DNA of 64,000 nucleotides from contig NIVC01001022.1 in assembly GCA_002269645.1 (NCBI GenBank), positions 62,001-126,000 on the forward strand, written 5' to 3'. Positions 12,891 through 26,125 of this stretch are shown here, piece by piece. The notes under the pieces were generated by a model. The model made no database searches, had not been told where the DNA came from, and saw nothing but the letters and a program-made list of their open reading frames with translations. Numbering within the stretch: position 1 is the first letter of the stretch; each line of letters opens with the position of its first letter. A program made the translations under genes and the position numbers. The stretch comes from Macrostomum lignano (lineage: Eukaryota).

Positions 12891-14544
12891 TACCATAGAC
12901 AATTATTTCTTGGCCTCCAAGAAACGCTTGATGGGAGTCTCAACTCATTTGAAAGAATGTTTTTTAGCCATAGACAATTACTTCTTGGAGTCCAAGAAAT
13001 GAAAATACACAGAGGAGATAGGCAGCTGGCCGGGCCAAAGCGGGGATTAAATCCTAAGCAAGGGAAATCATTTTAGTATATAGGATTTGGGCAGCTTTGC
13101 GATCGATCGATGCTGATAGTTGGAAAGCATTTAATGAAAGTAAACCGCTGTAAATAGCAAAAAACAAAACTTTAAACAATTAATAGTTAACTGTAGAGGG
13201 CAATAAGAAGCTCGCAAACAATCTGGATTGGATCAGATCCATCATCATTAAAAAAATTCAGCTACTTCAATACCGGTGCATCTACACCTGGCCGTGGTTT
13301 AGCCACAGCCACAATTGAAAGTATATATCCGGGTCCTAACTGCTGTGTCACCAGCATCGCGCTAAAACGCAGTCTGTAAAATACATACTGTACAAAAGAG
13401 CTCAATTAAATTTTTCTTAACTGTCTGCCCAAATTTATATCAACTTGGGGTCAAGTTGTCATGTCAAACCTCGTACATATACACATGTAAATGCCACTTT
13501 TTAGAGCATATCGAGAAGTACATGTATTCCACTTTCCAATTAAAACGTACTTTTATATTGATCGTAAAAAGCGATAGTTGCACTAATCGAGTTGTTTATT
13601 CTAGTAGACAAATAGATTACCTAGCTGGGGCTTACTTACCAGATAGTGTTCTCACACTCGTCTACTCCTGATCAGACTAATTATCCTTTTTTCCTTCCAT
13701 AATTCTCCAACCCCACATCACTTTCCATAGTGCTTCTCAACAATCCCCTTCGCTTTAGCACTTTGCATTACTTCCGGTCTATCTTCGCGTTCTAACAATT
13801 GCAAGTACCGCATCGTCGTCTCGATCGGTCCTCTACGAGCAATCTTGAAAACCCCACTTTACCTCAAGCTACGGTCGAAGTATCTAATTTTTTCCTGAAA
13901 GCTACAGTACATGAACATGTATTTCAGATGAAGATAGAGGATAATGGAGCAGTAGGGAGTTAACATTTCACATCGAAATATAGCAGATGTTCTACAGAGA
14001 TTCAGCATGCATGTACATACTGCTGTAAATCATTTATGCACACTTGCACGAACGTATGTCGAATGTAAGATGTCAAACCTACTATTGATAGTAAGGTAAA
14101 GATTTACTCCACCTCAACATTGAAGGCATATATTGATGTACTTTATGAATTTGCTGAGCAAAACTATCACATTTCAATGTATTATCCATCGACCTAATTG
14201 CAATACTATCAAAATCAATGGCTTATATTCCCTTTGACAGCTAGGGTAGTGAATTTGAACGCAGTGGTCCGTCACAAAAGCATTAAACTAGTAAGTGCAG
14301 AGCGAAGTTACATTATTGACCAAATTGCGAATAAGATACGCGCAGGCAATATGCTAATGAGTACGAGAGGTGTACGAGCGTATATGCCACTGGAGTAAAG
14401 GAATACAGAACAGCTATTTTGTCACGACTGTGGTATCCTTGAGAGCCGCAGACGTAAAGACAGGCACATACAGACACACACACACACACACAAGACACTC
14501 ATACGGACACAAAGACACATACACATCACATAGATGAAGACACA

Positions 14545-15530
<986 letters not shown>

Positions 15531-16097
15531 AGACAGGAAATTAAAAAGGATGAATGACATAAATAGACAAATTCAAAAACTGAGAACGAGCCTTGTTGAG
15601 CTGTTCGCAAATAATGCTGTCCATAAGTAGGTATACGTGAGAAGCTCCCAGCCTTAAGCTAGGACAAGCTAGATCTGGCCTAACCTACTGATTCGTAGAA
15701 AACTTTCATTGACAGCTTGGCGGGCGAATTGTATATACGACTGCTTATTGATCAGTGTTAATTTCAGTTTGCTGCTGTAGGCAATTTGCTTTACACCCCA
15801 TCAGTTTAGACGACAACAAATCAGTAATTATTTACATAGTAATGCTGAACTATACATGCGGCATGTACATAAATGTAATTTGTATTCGTTCGACGCGCTA
15901 CAAGGATAATTGAAATTCGGCGCGTGAAACTCGTGAAGAAAAATCGATAAAAAAGAGATCTACAAATGACCTTATTTTCCGAAATGAGTAGACGAATGTA
16001 AATTTAAATATTTTGCAACGTTGCTCCATAATGAAAGGGCAGTTTCATTGGGCATTTTTGAAGTGCCATAGTCGTCATGTAAGTGTCTTTGCTAGAG

Positions 16098-16866
16098 TGC
16101 CTTTGCTTATGGAGTGCCATCATGGAGTGCCTATGCTCATGGGAGTGCTTATGCTCATGGGAGTGTCTTTGCTCATGGGAGTGTCTTTGCTCATGGGAGT
16201 GTCTTTGCTCATGGGAGTGTCTTTGCTCATGGGAGTGTCTTTGCTCATGGGAGTTCCTTTGCTCATGGGAGTTCCTTTGCTCATGGGAGTGTCTTTGCTC
16301 ATGGGAGTTCCTTTGCTCATGGGAGTGTCTTTGCTCATGGGAGTGTCTTTGCTCATGGGAGTTCCTTTGCTCATGGGAGTGTCTTTGCTCATGGGAGTGT
16401 CTTTACTCATGGGAGTGCCTATGCTCATGGGAGTGTCTTTGCTCATGGGAGTTCCTTTGCTCATGGGAGTTCCTTTGCTCATGGGAGTGTCTTTGCTCAT
16501 GGGAGTTCCTTTGCTCATGGGAGTGCTTATGCTCATGGGAGTTCCCTTGCTCATGGGAGTGTCTTTGCTCATGAGAGTGCTTATGCTCATGGGAGTGTCT
16601 TTGCTCATGGGAGTGTCTTTGCTCATGGGAGTGTCTTTGCTAATGGGAGTGTCTTTGCTCATGGGAGTGTCTTTGCTCATGGGAGTGTCTTTGCTCATGG
16701 AAGTGTCTTTGCTTATGGAGTGCCATCATGGAGTGCCTTTGCTCATGGGAGTGCTTATGCTCATGGGAGTGTCTTTGCTCATGGGAGTGTCTTTGCTCAT
16801 GGGAGTTCCTTTGCTCATGGGAGTGTCTTTGCTCATGGGAGTGTCTTTGCTCATGGGAGTGTCTTT
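16098..16866. repeat. 18-bp tandem array GCTCATGGGAGTGTCTTT
   Basis: About 42 units; the frame-preserving unit gives 6-aa repeat ORFs in four frames. Confidence 0.97.
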
Positions 16867-17141
16867 GCCATTGTTAGTAGGGAATAAGCTAGAATTAAAA
16901 AAATCAATGAAAGCATTTAGCGCTGTATATAATATTTTGCTTTTTAGCTTGCTCACTTTGGATGCTTCAATATATTTTGTTATTTACTTAGCTTAAGTTT
17001 CTCATGTGTCCAGTTAAACATATTCAGTAATGTATTTATTTGTAAAACATTAATAATTCCTTTTTTAACTTTGATGACAGGTCAGCTATATCCGGCAGTA
17101 ACGCATTGGATGCTTCAAAATATTTTTCCTGGCTGTCCGCA

Positions 17142-20100
17142 TCACTCCTGACCAAGGCGTCGCAATTTCTCTTCGTAGAATTCCTGCAGCCGTCGTTGCA
17201 GCCGCTCGCGCTCCGATTCAGCTGACAAGGTGGCATCATCGGCGGCGCGTTTGATCTCCATGAGACCGCCGCCAGCCATGTAGCGGACTGGCCAGCCGCG
17301 CCTGCTGACAGCTGATCTTCTGTAGGCGGGAAAAGAGCTCGAAAATTCAATAGTAGTTAATTTGAACACTTGGAGAAAAAGAGAGAGAGAGAGAAAGAGT
17401 CTATGTGGCCGAACTGTCAACTTGGCTGTCTTTTTACGTCGCCCTCTGATTTCCCATTTACACCCCTTGAAGCATGGGTATAATTACTGTTATTGTGCCA
17501 TAGACATAGACTGAGAGAAAGAACAAAAGACCGGGGAAAAGTCGGGGGGAGGGGGGTGCTGGGGGTGTGGGGGCTCCCATTTCAACCATAGACACTTTCA
17601 TTTGATTAAAACAAAACAGCAGCCACTACCACAGAACAGGTCTCGGCCATAGACAATTAAGCCAGTCAAGCTGACGCAGACTGCAAGGCTCTGCTCTCTG
17701 CTTTAAAGACAATCTAGTAGAGTATTTCAAACCCAGTTATCTTGGCTACAGACCTTCATTTTTACCCTTTATGCTGATTTTTAATTGTATTATTTACTTG
17801 ATTGACTTTATTGGCTATGATCTAAATGAATGCCTATAATGTGGGTTTACCATGTGGTAAATATCTCTTTAAGAAGTTGCAACACGCAGGTGAATGCCAC
17901 TCAGAGAAAATGCTTCTAAATCTTGTGTTAAATTGATTAGCAATTTAAAAAACAGACGTTGTATCTCAGAGAAGGCCCTAAGCATCGACCGTGTTTCCAT
18001 TTCAAGTGACAGCACGACAATGGAACTATAGCTATAACCCTACACAACAGCCATTATCTAAATCTTTTTCAAATCCAGAGCTTTTATAGCTCAAAAGGGA
18101 CACCAATGTGAGACAAGTCAGTTGGTGTTGGAGGCAAGAGACAAACTATCCAGCCAACCAATGCATTTCAATTTCAATAGAGAGAAATCCCTCGCAGTCC
18201 AACAGCTGGGAGCTCCAATCAATCACCTAGAAGCTGAAGCGCTAGATCCTGTCAGCTGAAGCAGCTTACTCATTAATAAATTATCCTTTGTCTCTACTGA
18301 GTTGCTTGGCTTGTTGCTTCTGCTGGTCTGTTCTCTCCCTCTCTATCGGTTTTTTCCTTTCGACATCACTGTCGTATCGACAGCTGCTGCGTTGGAATCC
18401 GGGTGGGCAGTAAGCCGCTTAAACTCTGCGCAGGCCACTATGGGCTATAATAGCCTGAAGCTGTTCATGCAAAGATTCAATGGCTACTGCCTCTCAATAC
18501 TGTCACGCCATCTACACAGCACGTAAAGCCAGTCTACTCAAAAAAAGTTAAACGACTCAAAAAGAAAACTTTTCAATGTGTTTTTTCTTATTATTCGATT
18601 GAGGCGGCGATTTCCGCAGAATGGAAAAAAAAGAAATTTCATGCTGTTTTATTAAGCTGATGCGAGATGAATTTCTGTATGTGGAGTGGCATTGTTCTCC
18701 TGGCGCCCTGATGCAGAAAGCCATTAATACCTGAGCAGGTCTATAGATGCTGCGTGGGTGGGGCCCCAAGAATGAAAATAAATGGATTCCCTGATACTTT
18801 GCTGGTAACTGCTTCAAGCGATGCAGAAATAGAGAAAAATAAACAGTTATACGGGTAGCTTAGCGGTTGAAGGTTCGATTCCTGCGCGGCCACATTCCTT
18901 TCTGTGCGAGAGCAAAAAAACTCAACCCCCCCCCCCCCGAGACGGTGAGAGAAAGTCTGGGCGGCTGTACATCCTGTGCAAGCGTGTACCTGCGCGTTCT
19001 TGTCTGCGTGCGCCTGCGTGCTCAGGGGTTAGCGGAATGAGCCTGACTGTTAGCTTACCCAAATGCTGCAAACTTACTAAACACTAAGTCAGGCACTTAG
19101 ACAGACACTAAGACAGGCACTAAGACAGGCACTAAGACAGGCACTTAAGACGGACACGAAGTCACTAAGTCAGGCACTAAGTCAGGCACTAAGTCAGACA
19201 CTAAGTCAGGCACTAAGTCAGGCACTAAGTCAGGCACTAAGTCAGGCACTAAGTCAGGCACTAAGTCAGACGCTAAGTCAGGCACTAAGTCAGGCACTAA
19301 GTCAGACACTAAGTCAGGCACTAAGTCAGGCACTAAGTCAGGCACTAAGTCAGGCACTAAGTCAGACACTAAGTCAGGCACTAAGTCAGGCACTAAGTCA
19401 GGCACTAAGTCAGGCACTAAGTCAGACATTAAGTCAGGCACTAAGTCAGGCACTAAGTCAGGCACTAAGTCAGGCACTAAGTCAGACACTAAGTCAGGCA
19501 CTAAGTCAGGCACTAAGTCAGACACTAAGTCAGACGCTAAGTCAGACACTAAGTCAGGCACTAAGTCAGGCACTAAGTCAGACACTAAGTCAGACATTAA
19601 GTCAGACACTAAGTCAGACGCTAAGTCAGGCACTAAGTCAGGCACTAAGTCAGACACTAAGTCAGACACTAAGTCAGACACTAAGACAGGCACTAAGTCA
19701 GACACTAAGTCAGACACTAAGTCAGACATTAAGTCAGGCACTAAGTCAGGCACTAAGTCAGGCACTAAGTCAGGCACTAAGTCAGGCACTAAGTCAGGCA
19801 CTAAGTCAGACGCTAAGTCAGGCACTAAGTCAGGCACTAAGTCAGGCACTAAGTCAGACACTAAGTCAGACACTAAGTCAGACACTAAGACAGGCACTAA
19901 GTCAGACACTAAGTCAGACGCTAAGTCAGGCACTAAGTCAGGCACTAAGTCAGACACTAAGTCAGACACTAAGACAGGCACTAAGTCAGACACTAAGTCA
20001 GACACTAAGTCAGACACTAAGACAGGCACTAAGTCAGACACTAAGTCAGACACTAAGTCAGACATTAAGTCAGGCACTAAGTCAGACGCTAAGTCAGGCA

Positions 20101-20656
20101 CTAAGTCAGGCACTAAGTCAGTCGCTAAGTCAGGCACTAAGTCAGGCACTAAGTCAGGCACTAAGTCAGGCACTAAGTCAGGCACTAAGTCAGGCACTAA
20201 GTCAGGCACTAAGTCAGACGCTAAGTCAGGCACTAAGTCAGGCACTAAGTCAGACACTAATTCAGATACCACTACAGCCACAAGACTCTATAGTGTCGAG
20301 ACTTAAGCACTAAAATGCGAAAAATGAGACAAATATCATGGTAGACTGTCACAACCGCAGTGACTCTGGTAAATCCAATAGACTCATTCATCAAGGTAAA
20401 GGTTTAACTGATTGATAGATACCTGTATAGTAAACAGAAGAGTCAACAAAACAGACCTTCCGTCGGCCTCCTCATGCCCAGATCGTTTGTCCAGTTCCTC
20501 CTGCGATGCAGGCAATGCAGTGACCAGGTCCATCACAGCCAGCACAATAACTGAAATGAAGTTTACCAACTATCATAGGTTCGATTCCTTTTTTAAATCT
20601 ATTTTTCGCTACTCACCCAAAGAGCAGAAAACTGGCAGTAGAGCGTACTTCGACAT
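17142..20656 (-). CDS. Putative secreted neuropeptide/prohormone precursor, 103 aa; exons 20617-20656, 20457-20550, 17142-17319
   Basis: ATG exon and GT-AG junctions in consistent phase (1,2) give MSKYALLPVFCSLVIVLAVMDLVTALPASQEELDKRSGHEEADGRRSAVSRRGWPVRYMAGGGLMEIKRAADDATLSAESERERLQRRLQEFYEEKLRRLGQE. Hydrophobic N-terminus, several KR/RR sites, AATAAA about 100 nt after the stop. Confidence 0.72.
18853..19060 (+). mobile_element. Second tRNA-derived SINE-like family (internally shortened head)
   Basis: A box TAGCTTAGCGG and B box GGTTCGATTCC. The body GCGGCTGTACATCCTG...CTCAGGGGTTAGCGGAATG recurs on the minus strand near 36075, 45610-45725 and 46105-46250. Confidence 0.6.
19081..20262. repeat. 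12-bp tandem array CACTAAGTCAGG/CACTAAGTCAGA in intron 2 of the peptide precursor gene
   Basis: About 98 units; explains the LVPD/LVSD ORF 19145-20281. Confidence 0.98.
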
Positions 20657-21012
20657 TTTATGCTCGCGAATTTGATGATATTCTTTTAAATATTTTTTTG
20701 ATATCTGAATTTGGAAATATCCCGGCAGAGAAGGTAAGGCGCCAAAGTTGAAGAGGACGAATTTATTAATATTGTTCAAGCAATGAGAAACTGCCGGTCA
20801 AACAGGATGTTGGTGTGCCAATCCAGTCAGCTGCTGATTGGTTCAGGAGGGAGAGCGGCGCTTCTGACGTGTCCTTGTCCAATGTGCTGATGGTGAAGCA
20901 CTCGTCCTGGTCCCTATAGTTATCCAAGTCATGTAACACTCTTCTGTAGAATGCTTGCTGAGCTGCATCAAAGCCTACCTAGCATGTAACATTCCAATAT
21001 ACATCGGGACAT

Positions 21013-21560
21013 ACTTATCTAACAGGTGACACCCATATCTAACAGATAACACACTTATCTAACAAGTTTTACCCATATCTAACAGATAACACACTTATCT
21101 AACAAGTTTTACCCATATCTAGCAGGTCACGACTTTATCTAACAAGTGACACCCTTATCTAACAGGTAACAAATTTATTTAACAGATAACACCCTTATCT
21201 AACAGGTGGCGCCCTTATATTTTTTGTTATACCCATATCTAAAAGGTGAAGACTTTATTTAATTGATGATGCCTTTAACTAACAGATGACCTTCTCCATC
21301 TAACAGGTGACACCCTTATCTAACAGATAACATCTTTATCTAACAGGTGACAGCAATATCTAACAGGTGACAGAAATATCTAACAGGTGACGCCCTTATC
21401 TAACAGGTTATATTCATATCTAAAAGGTAACAACATTATCTAAAAGGTGATGGCTTTACCTAAAAGATGACCTTCTCATCTAACAGGTAACGCTCATATC
21501 TAACAGTTATTCTCATATCTAACAGGTTATACCTATACTGTACAGGTGGCGCTCTTATCT
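21013..21560. repeat. Degenerate ~20-bp array ATCTAACAGGTGACACCCTT
   Basis: Periodic ATCTAACAG core. Confidence 0.9.
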
Positions 21561-22093
21561 ATCTTTGCTTATGATGAAAGTACCTATTCTCGGTAGAATT
21601 ATATAATGAAGCTTTTAGAAAGTAATGCTCAGCACATTTTCATTTATAATCTGCATTGAGAACTGTTGCGCGATCGTAAAGTTAATCCTTAACTGCTAAT
21701 TAAACGAAGGAAATTAAATGCTGATTACAAAAGCCCTTAGTTCCCATAAATGCACCGTAATCTTGAGGGACAATCGTATGCGTTTTACGACATTGCAAGC
21801 AAGACAAAGTTTCATGATGACGAACTTTAAGATCCTGATTAGAAATATGAGTAGCTATTTTGTAATTATATTAAGAAATCAAAGCCATAAACTTTTCACA
21901 AAACTTCTTTATCCATGCGTACGCAATGGGGGACAGGGGCGGACCCCTCCCCATAAGGTCTTCACAAAAGTAAGTTGCACTCCTCAAAAAAACTAAATGA
22001 AAAGGGCAACAAACCTTGATAAATGACAGAAATGCTTAACTTTTGTCACCCCTTGGACTCGGCATCTATCGACCTACGAGGCTGGAAAATTAG

Positions 22094-22640
22094 CGCCCAC
22101 CAAAAAGACAGGGGCGTCCATAAAGAGACAGGGGTGCCCATAAAGAGACAGGGTACCCATAAAGAGACAGGGGTACCCATAAAGAGACAGGGTATTCATA
22201 AAGAGACAGGGGCGCTCACCAAGAGACAGAAGCGCCCATAAAGAGACAGGGTACCAATAAAGAGACAGAAGCGCCCATAAAGAGACAGGGTACCCATAAA
22301 GAGACAGGGTACCCATAAAGAGACAGGGTACCCATAAAGAGACAGGGGTACCCATAAAGAGACAGGGGCGCCCATAAAGAGACAGGGGCGCCCACCAAGA
22401 GACAGAAGCGCCCAGAAAGAGACAGGGTACCCATAAAGAGACAGGGGTACCCATAAAGAGACAGGGTACCCATAAAGAGACAGGGTACCCATAAAGAGAC
22501 AGGGTACCCATAAAGAGACAGGGGTACCCATAAAGAGACAGGGGTACCCATAAAGAGACAGGGGTACCCATAAAGAGACAGGGGCGCCCATAAAGAGACA
22601 GGGGTACGCATAAAGAGACAGGGTACCCATAAAGAGACAG
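22094..22640. repeat. 19-20-bp array CCCATAAAGAGACAGGG(G)TA / GGCGCCCACCAAGAGACAG
   Basis: Direct periodicity; a reverse-complement relative lies at 54731-55880. Confidence 0.96.
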
Positions 22641-23308
22641 ACAAAATAAATAATTCTAACATCAAAGTTCCTTAGATTTAAATCGATGATAATAATTACA
22701 TAATTTGGTCGATCATTTACATAAAAAGCATTATATTTTTTTGTTTCTTACTGTCTGGTACTTTCAATGAAAGTTGATCACGAAGGTAAATTTATAAGCA
22801 TCCTGACTGTGCAATAAGGTTATGCGAACTGGTGTCTTCAAATATGATAAGCATGCGTTCAATTGGTAATCGATTGGACATCGATGCGCTTTACATGAAA
22901 ATAAGCTGGTTTACTGTGCGCTAAAACACCTTGACGCTACATAAATACTCGTACATGCTGAAAGATGTACATACAGATGTACTCTTTTTACAAAAAAAAA
23001 TACATAAACGTGGGGGTGGGGTGGATGTTTTACCGTCTGTCAACGGGCATATACATTAGTTGTTTTTCTCACTTGAATTTACATCGGAGACAATTTTCTG
23101 GTACTGGAAGTGTTATACCGGATGCGAACAAAGTTTAATTATATCACAGATAAATAGCTTCAAAAAACAAAATAATAAACAGACGAATTATGCAATAAAA
23201 AATCTGAAGAACATGCAAATACCAGTTTATGAGCATCTCTGTTAGTAGCAAAAATAGATAGCTAATTTGCGATTGAACTATTTATGTACGAGAAAATTCT
23301 TCATTGAA

Positions 23309-23926
23309 TCATTTGACCCCTATTCGCAGTTGCTGCTGCTGCTCTCCTGCACCAGAAGTAGTTGCAGATCCGCTTACATGTGCAGCAGAAGTGTCTCGAC
23401 TCTGCAGCTCGATAGCTTCCGTGTTGACTTGTTGAGCATTGGTCGATTGACCGCCCGCAGCAGTTGGCACGTCCGCCGTTGCGCGCAGCTCTTCGTAGCT
23501 CGGCGGCGGGGCGAGGCTACCGTCTATGGTAAAAATCGGCCCGTCGTACGTCTCCGTGTAGGCTGGAGGCGGCGGCGCCGCGGGAGCAAGTCCCTGGTTT
23601 AGCTGCTGGAGTCGGTTGAAGTCGCCGCCTACCTGTAGGGACGCGTCGTTTGGATAGTACACATCGAATTTGTCGTCATTTTTGAGCGCCAACCAGCGGA
23701 AACCGAACTGGCCAACAAGAATCACGCACACGCAGGGTAGGGCCATAATGAAGAACACGTAGGTTCTCATCGCGACGTAGAGAGCTGTACCGATTGCGAA
23801 CGAGAGGACGCCAGTCCACAGGCACACGTGGAAGAACACGTACAGTCGTCGGTCTCTATGGGACATTTGTCGTACCACTCGATGAGGAAAGCACGGATTA
23901 AGATGGTGGCAATGAACTAGCGGCAT
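23309..23926 (-). CDS. Intronless 205-aa membrane protein: two TM helices followed by PPPPAY and PPPSY (PY) motifs
   Basis: ATG-to-stop ORF with coding-like GC content. Hydrophobic segments LYVFFHVCLWTGVLSFAIGTALYVAM and YVFFIMALPCVCVILVGQFGF, with PPxY motifs in the tail. Confidence 0.8.
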   Translation of the reverse strand: MPLVHCHHLNPCFPHRVVRQMSHRDRRLYVFFHVCLWTGVLSFAIGTALYVAMRTYVFFIMALPCVCVILVGQFGFRWLALKNDDKFDVYYPNDASLQVGGDFNRLQQLNQGLAPAAPPPPAYTETYDGPIFTIDGSLAPPPSYEELRATADVPTAAGGQSTNAQQVNTEAIELQSRDTSAAHVSGSATTSGAGEQQQQLRIGVK

Positions 23927-24719
23927 GATTTTGTCTTTGTATTTCTGCGTGTTTCTTTGCAGCGATGAGAACGTCTAAGATAGTTTGACGTCTTATTTTT
24001 TAGTTTTTAGACGTTTATGTCTGTTGTTTTTCTGTCTCATCACCGGGCTATTTTTACTCCAGGTTACCAGGACAAACAATTGAGAGATAGAAAAACTGTG
24101 AGGCGAAGAGAACTATGTTCTGAGAAATTGTACATTGCCCGCAAAATGTGCCTGCGGAAAATACAGCTTTTGGCTCTGTGGAGTGAAGACTCTAAATTAA
24201 ATAATGTACATTTTGACCCTAGTTTTCACAGTGTGTGCCATTGTCAGTGAGGTGGAGAGCACTAGTAAGGTTGAGGCTCACCGTATACAGTGCGATTCGC
24301 TGCACCGAATGGCACACATGGACCACTATAACTCCCGCAATTTGGACTGGAAGAAGTCAGAATGAAATGGCAATAAAAAAGTCTGAAGTTTTGCGTTAAA
24401 GAATCGCTTAGTTAATGCAATGTGAAACTAGGTTTGCTTTCACAGGCTCAAAATATCACATCGTCGAAAACAAGAAACTTTACAAGCTCGAATTTTACGT
24501 CGAAATCGTTTAAGTTGTGCACTTACAGAAGTGGCTAGCAAAAAGTCTTTTCAACAACGTAGAATTTTGAGCTTGTGATAAGATTCTGTCTCTAGGCGTT
24601 GTCAAGCTTCGCGCTTGTGAAATTTATCCAGAAAGATTGCAGTCAAATTGTCTGACTTTAGTCGAGGCCATATACATAGAAGGCCACGCAAAAAGTGAGG
24701 AGGTTACTGGAGTTTGAAA

Positions 24720-25637
24720 CTTGACTTTCTCATTGACTTCCTCAAGGCTTTTGACTTGTCGGTTCGCGGCGCGCTGCCTCTCGTGATTCGCGCGTACAAG
24801 GTACCGGAGCAACTGATTTCCGCCATCATGATGATGTACCAGGACACGACCGCTTCGGTGATGACGCCAGATGGACTGTCGGACAAATTCAGCATGTCGT
24901 CAGGCGTGCTGCAGGGTGACACTGGCGCATTTCTTGGACGACGGCTTCCTGCTGAGAAGACGCACGAGTCGGCGGTGACACTCGGGGAAGCGGCTCTCCG
25001 TTATCGACTACGTGGACGACCTTGCGCTGCTGTCATCAACGGCTGAAGGCGCCCAGCGGCTGCTGGACGAGCGAAAGACGGTAGTCTTCACGGTGCAATT
25101 CGACCTGCCTGCCGAGATCAACTACCGAGACGCTGCCGGGGAGGCAATCATGCTTACCCGCTACCAGCGGTTCCTGTACCTCGGCGGCCTCGTGCCGGAC
25201 GTTGCCGATGACCTGGTGAGACGACGAGGACTGGCATGGGCCGTGCTTTGATCTGTGCGCTCCGTGCTTCAATCTGAGGCCCTGGATGACGGGCTCAGGG
25301 CTCGGCTGTTTCAGGCAGTCGTTGAGACTGTCTTGTTGTACAACGCCGAGACCTGGACCCTGACAGACGCCTTGGAGAGGTAGCTGGATGCTGCGGCCAT
25401 GCTGCGTGCGGCGTTCAGAGTTCGCAGCGGTCCAGGCAGCGAGACCAATACCGCTCTCTATCCAAGTGCGCGCCTGATGCAGCCTTCTGACCTGCTGCGC
25501 GGGCGATGACTTCGATTGGCTGGCCACGTCATCCTGTCGTAGGCCCGCTACCCTGAGCCGCTACACAAAAGTGCTGCTGCTCAAGCTGCAGGGACCGCGC
25601 AGGCGAGGCCTAGGGCGAACGGCGAGATACCCTGACT
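24720..25637 (+). mobile_element. 5'-truncated, disrupted RTE-like non-LTR retrotransposon (RT to C-terminus)
   Basis: Fragments IDFLKAFD, SSGVLQGDT, YVDDLALLS, FLYLGG, VETVLLYNAETWTLT, LRLAGHVI, LQGPRRRGLGRTARYPD, with stops, frameshifts and deletions. Confidence 0.9.
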
Positions 25638-25644
25638 AATTGTT

Positions 25645-26125
25645 TAGCAATTTGACGATCATTATTCACATTTTTAATGCAGAACAATCCATTACTACAA
25701 ACAATGGGGGGTTAACTGGAAGAGAGAACTCCAGGCAACGGCCAAAGCCACGAGCGGCGCTAGCCGCGAGTGGAAATTTGGCCGTTGCCTGGAGTTCTCT
25801 CTTCCAGTTAACTTCATTGCAGGAAATATCTATGGCACGAATCGAAGTGGCCCAGAAGGAGGAGGCACAAACGTCTATGGCACGAAAGCCAAAAGGCGTG
25901 GAGAGTTCATGGCAATGCATTGTCTGTAGGATCGTCAAACAGAAAAACAATGCAAAGAATCAGCGGTCGCAGCACGTGACAACGATTTGTCTATGGCTCG
26001 CGCCTACCGGCGCTTGCCAGACAATCGTTGTCACGCATTGGGACCGCTGATTATTTATCCATTGTTTGTAGTCATGTATTGTTCTGCATAAAAATGCGAA
26101 TAATATAATGATCGTCAAATTGCTA
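25645..26125. mobile_element. Composite MITE/foldback: ~65-bp outer inverted repeats plus two internal hairpins (25711-25812, ~25959-26052)
   Basis: Left end TAGCAATTTGACGATCATTATT...CTACAAACAATGG is the near reverse complement of the right end. The inner hairpin has a perfect 36-bp stem. Confidence 0.85.

Noticed and set aside
13640-13860. Minus-strand segment ending in a CTG|GTAAGT donor
   Set aside because: Stops in all frames near the donor and no recognisable protein; may be a UTR exon or chance.
18280-18530. Possible extra exon of the peptide precursor
   Set aside because: Candidate acceptors lead to stops or the wrong phase; direct exon 2-3 joining is in frame.
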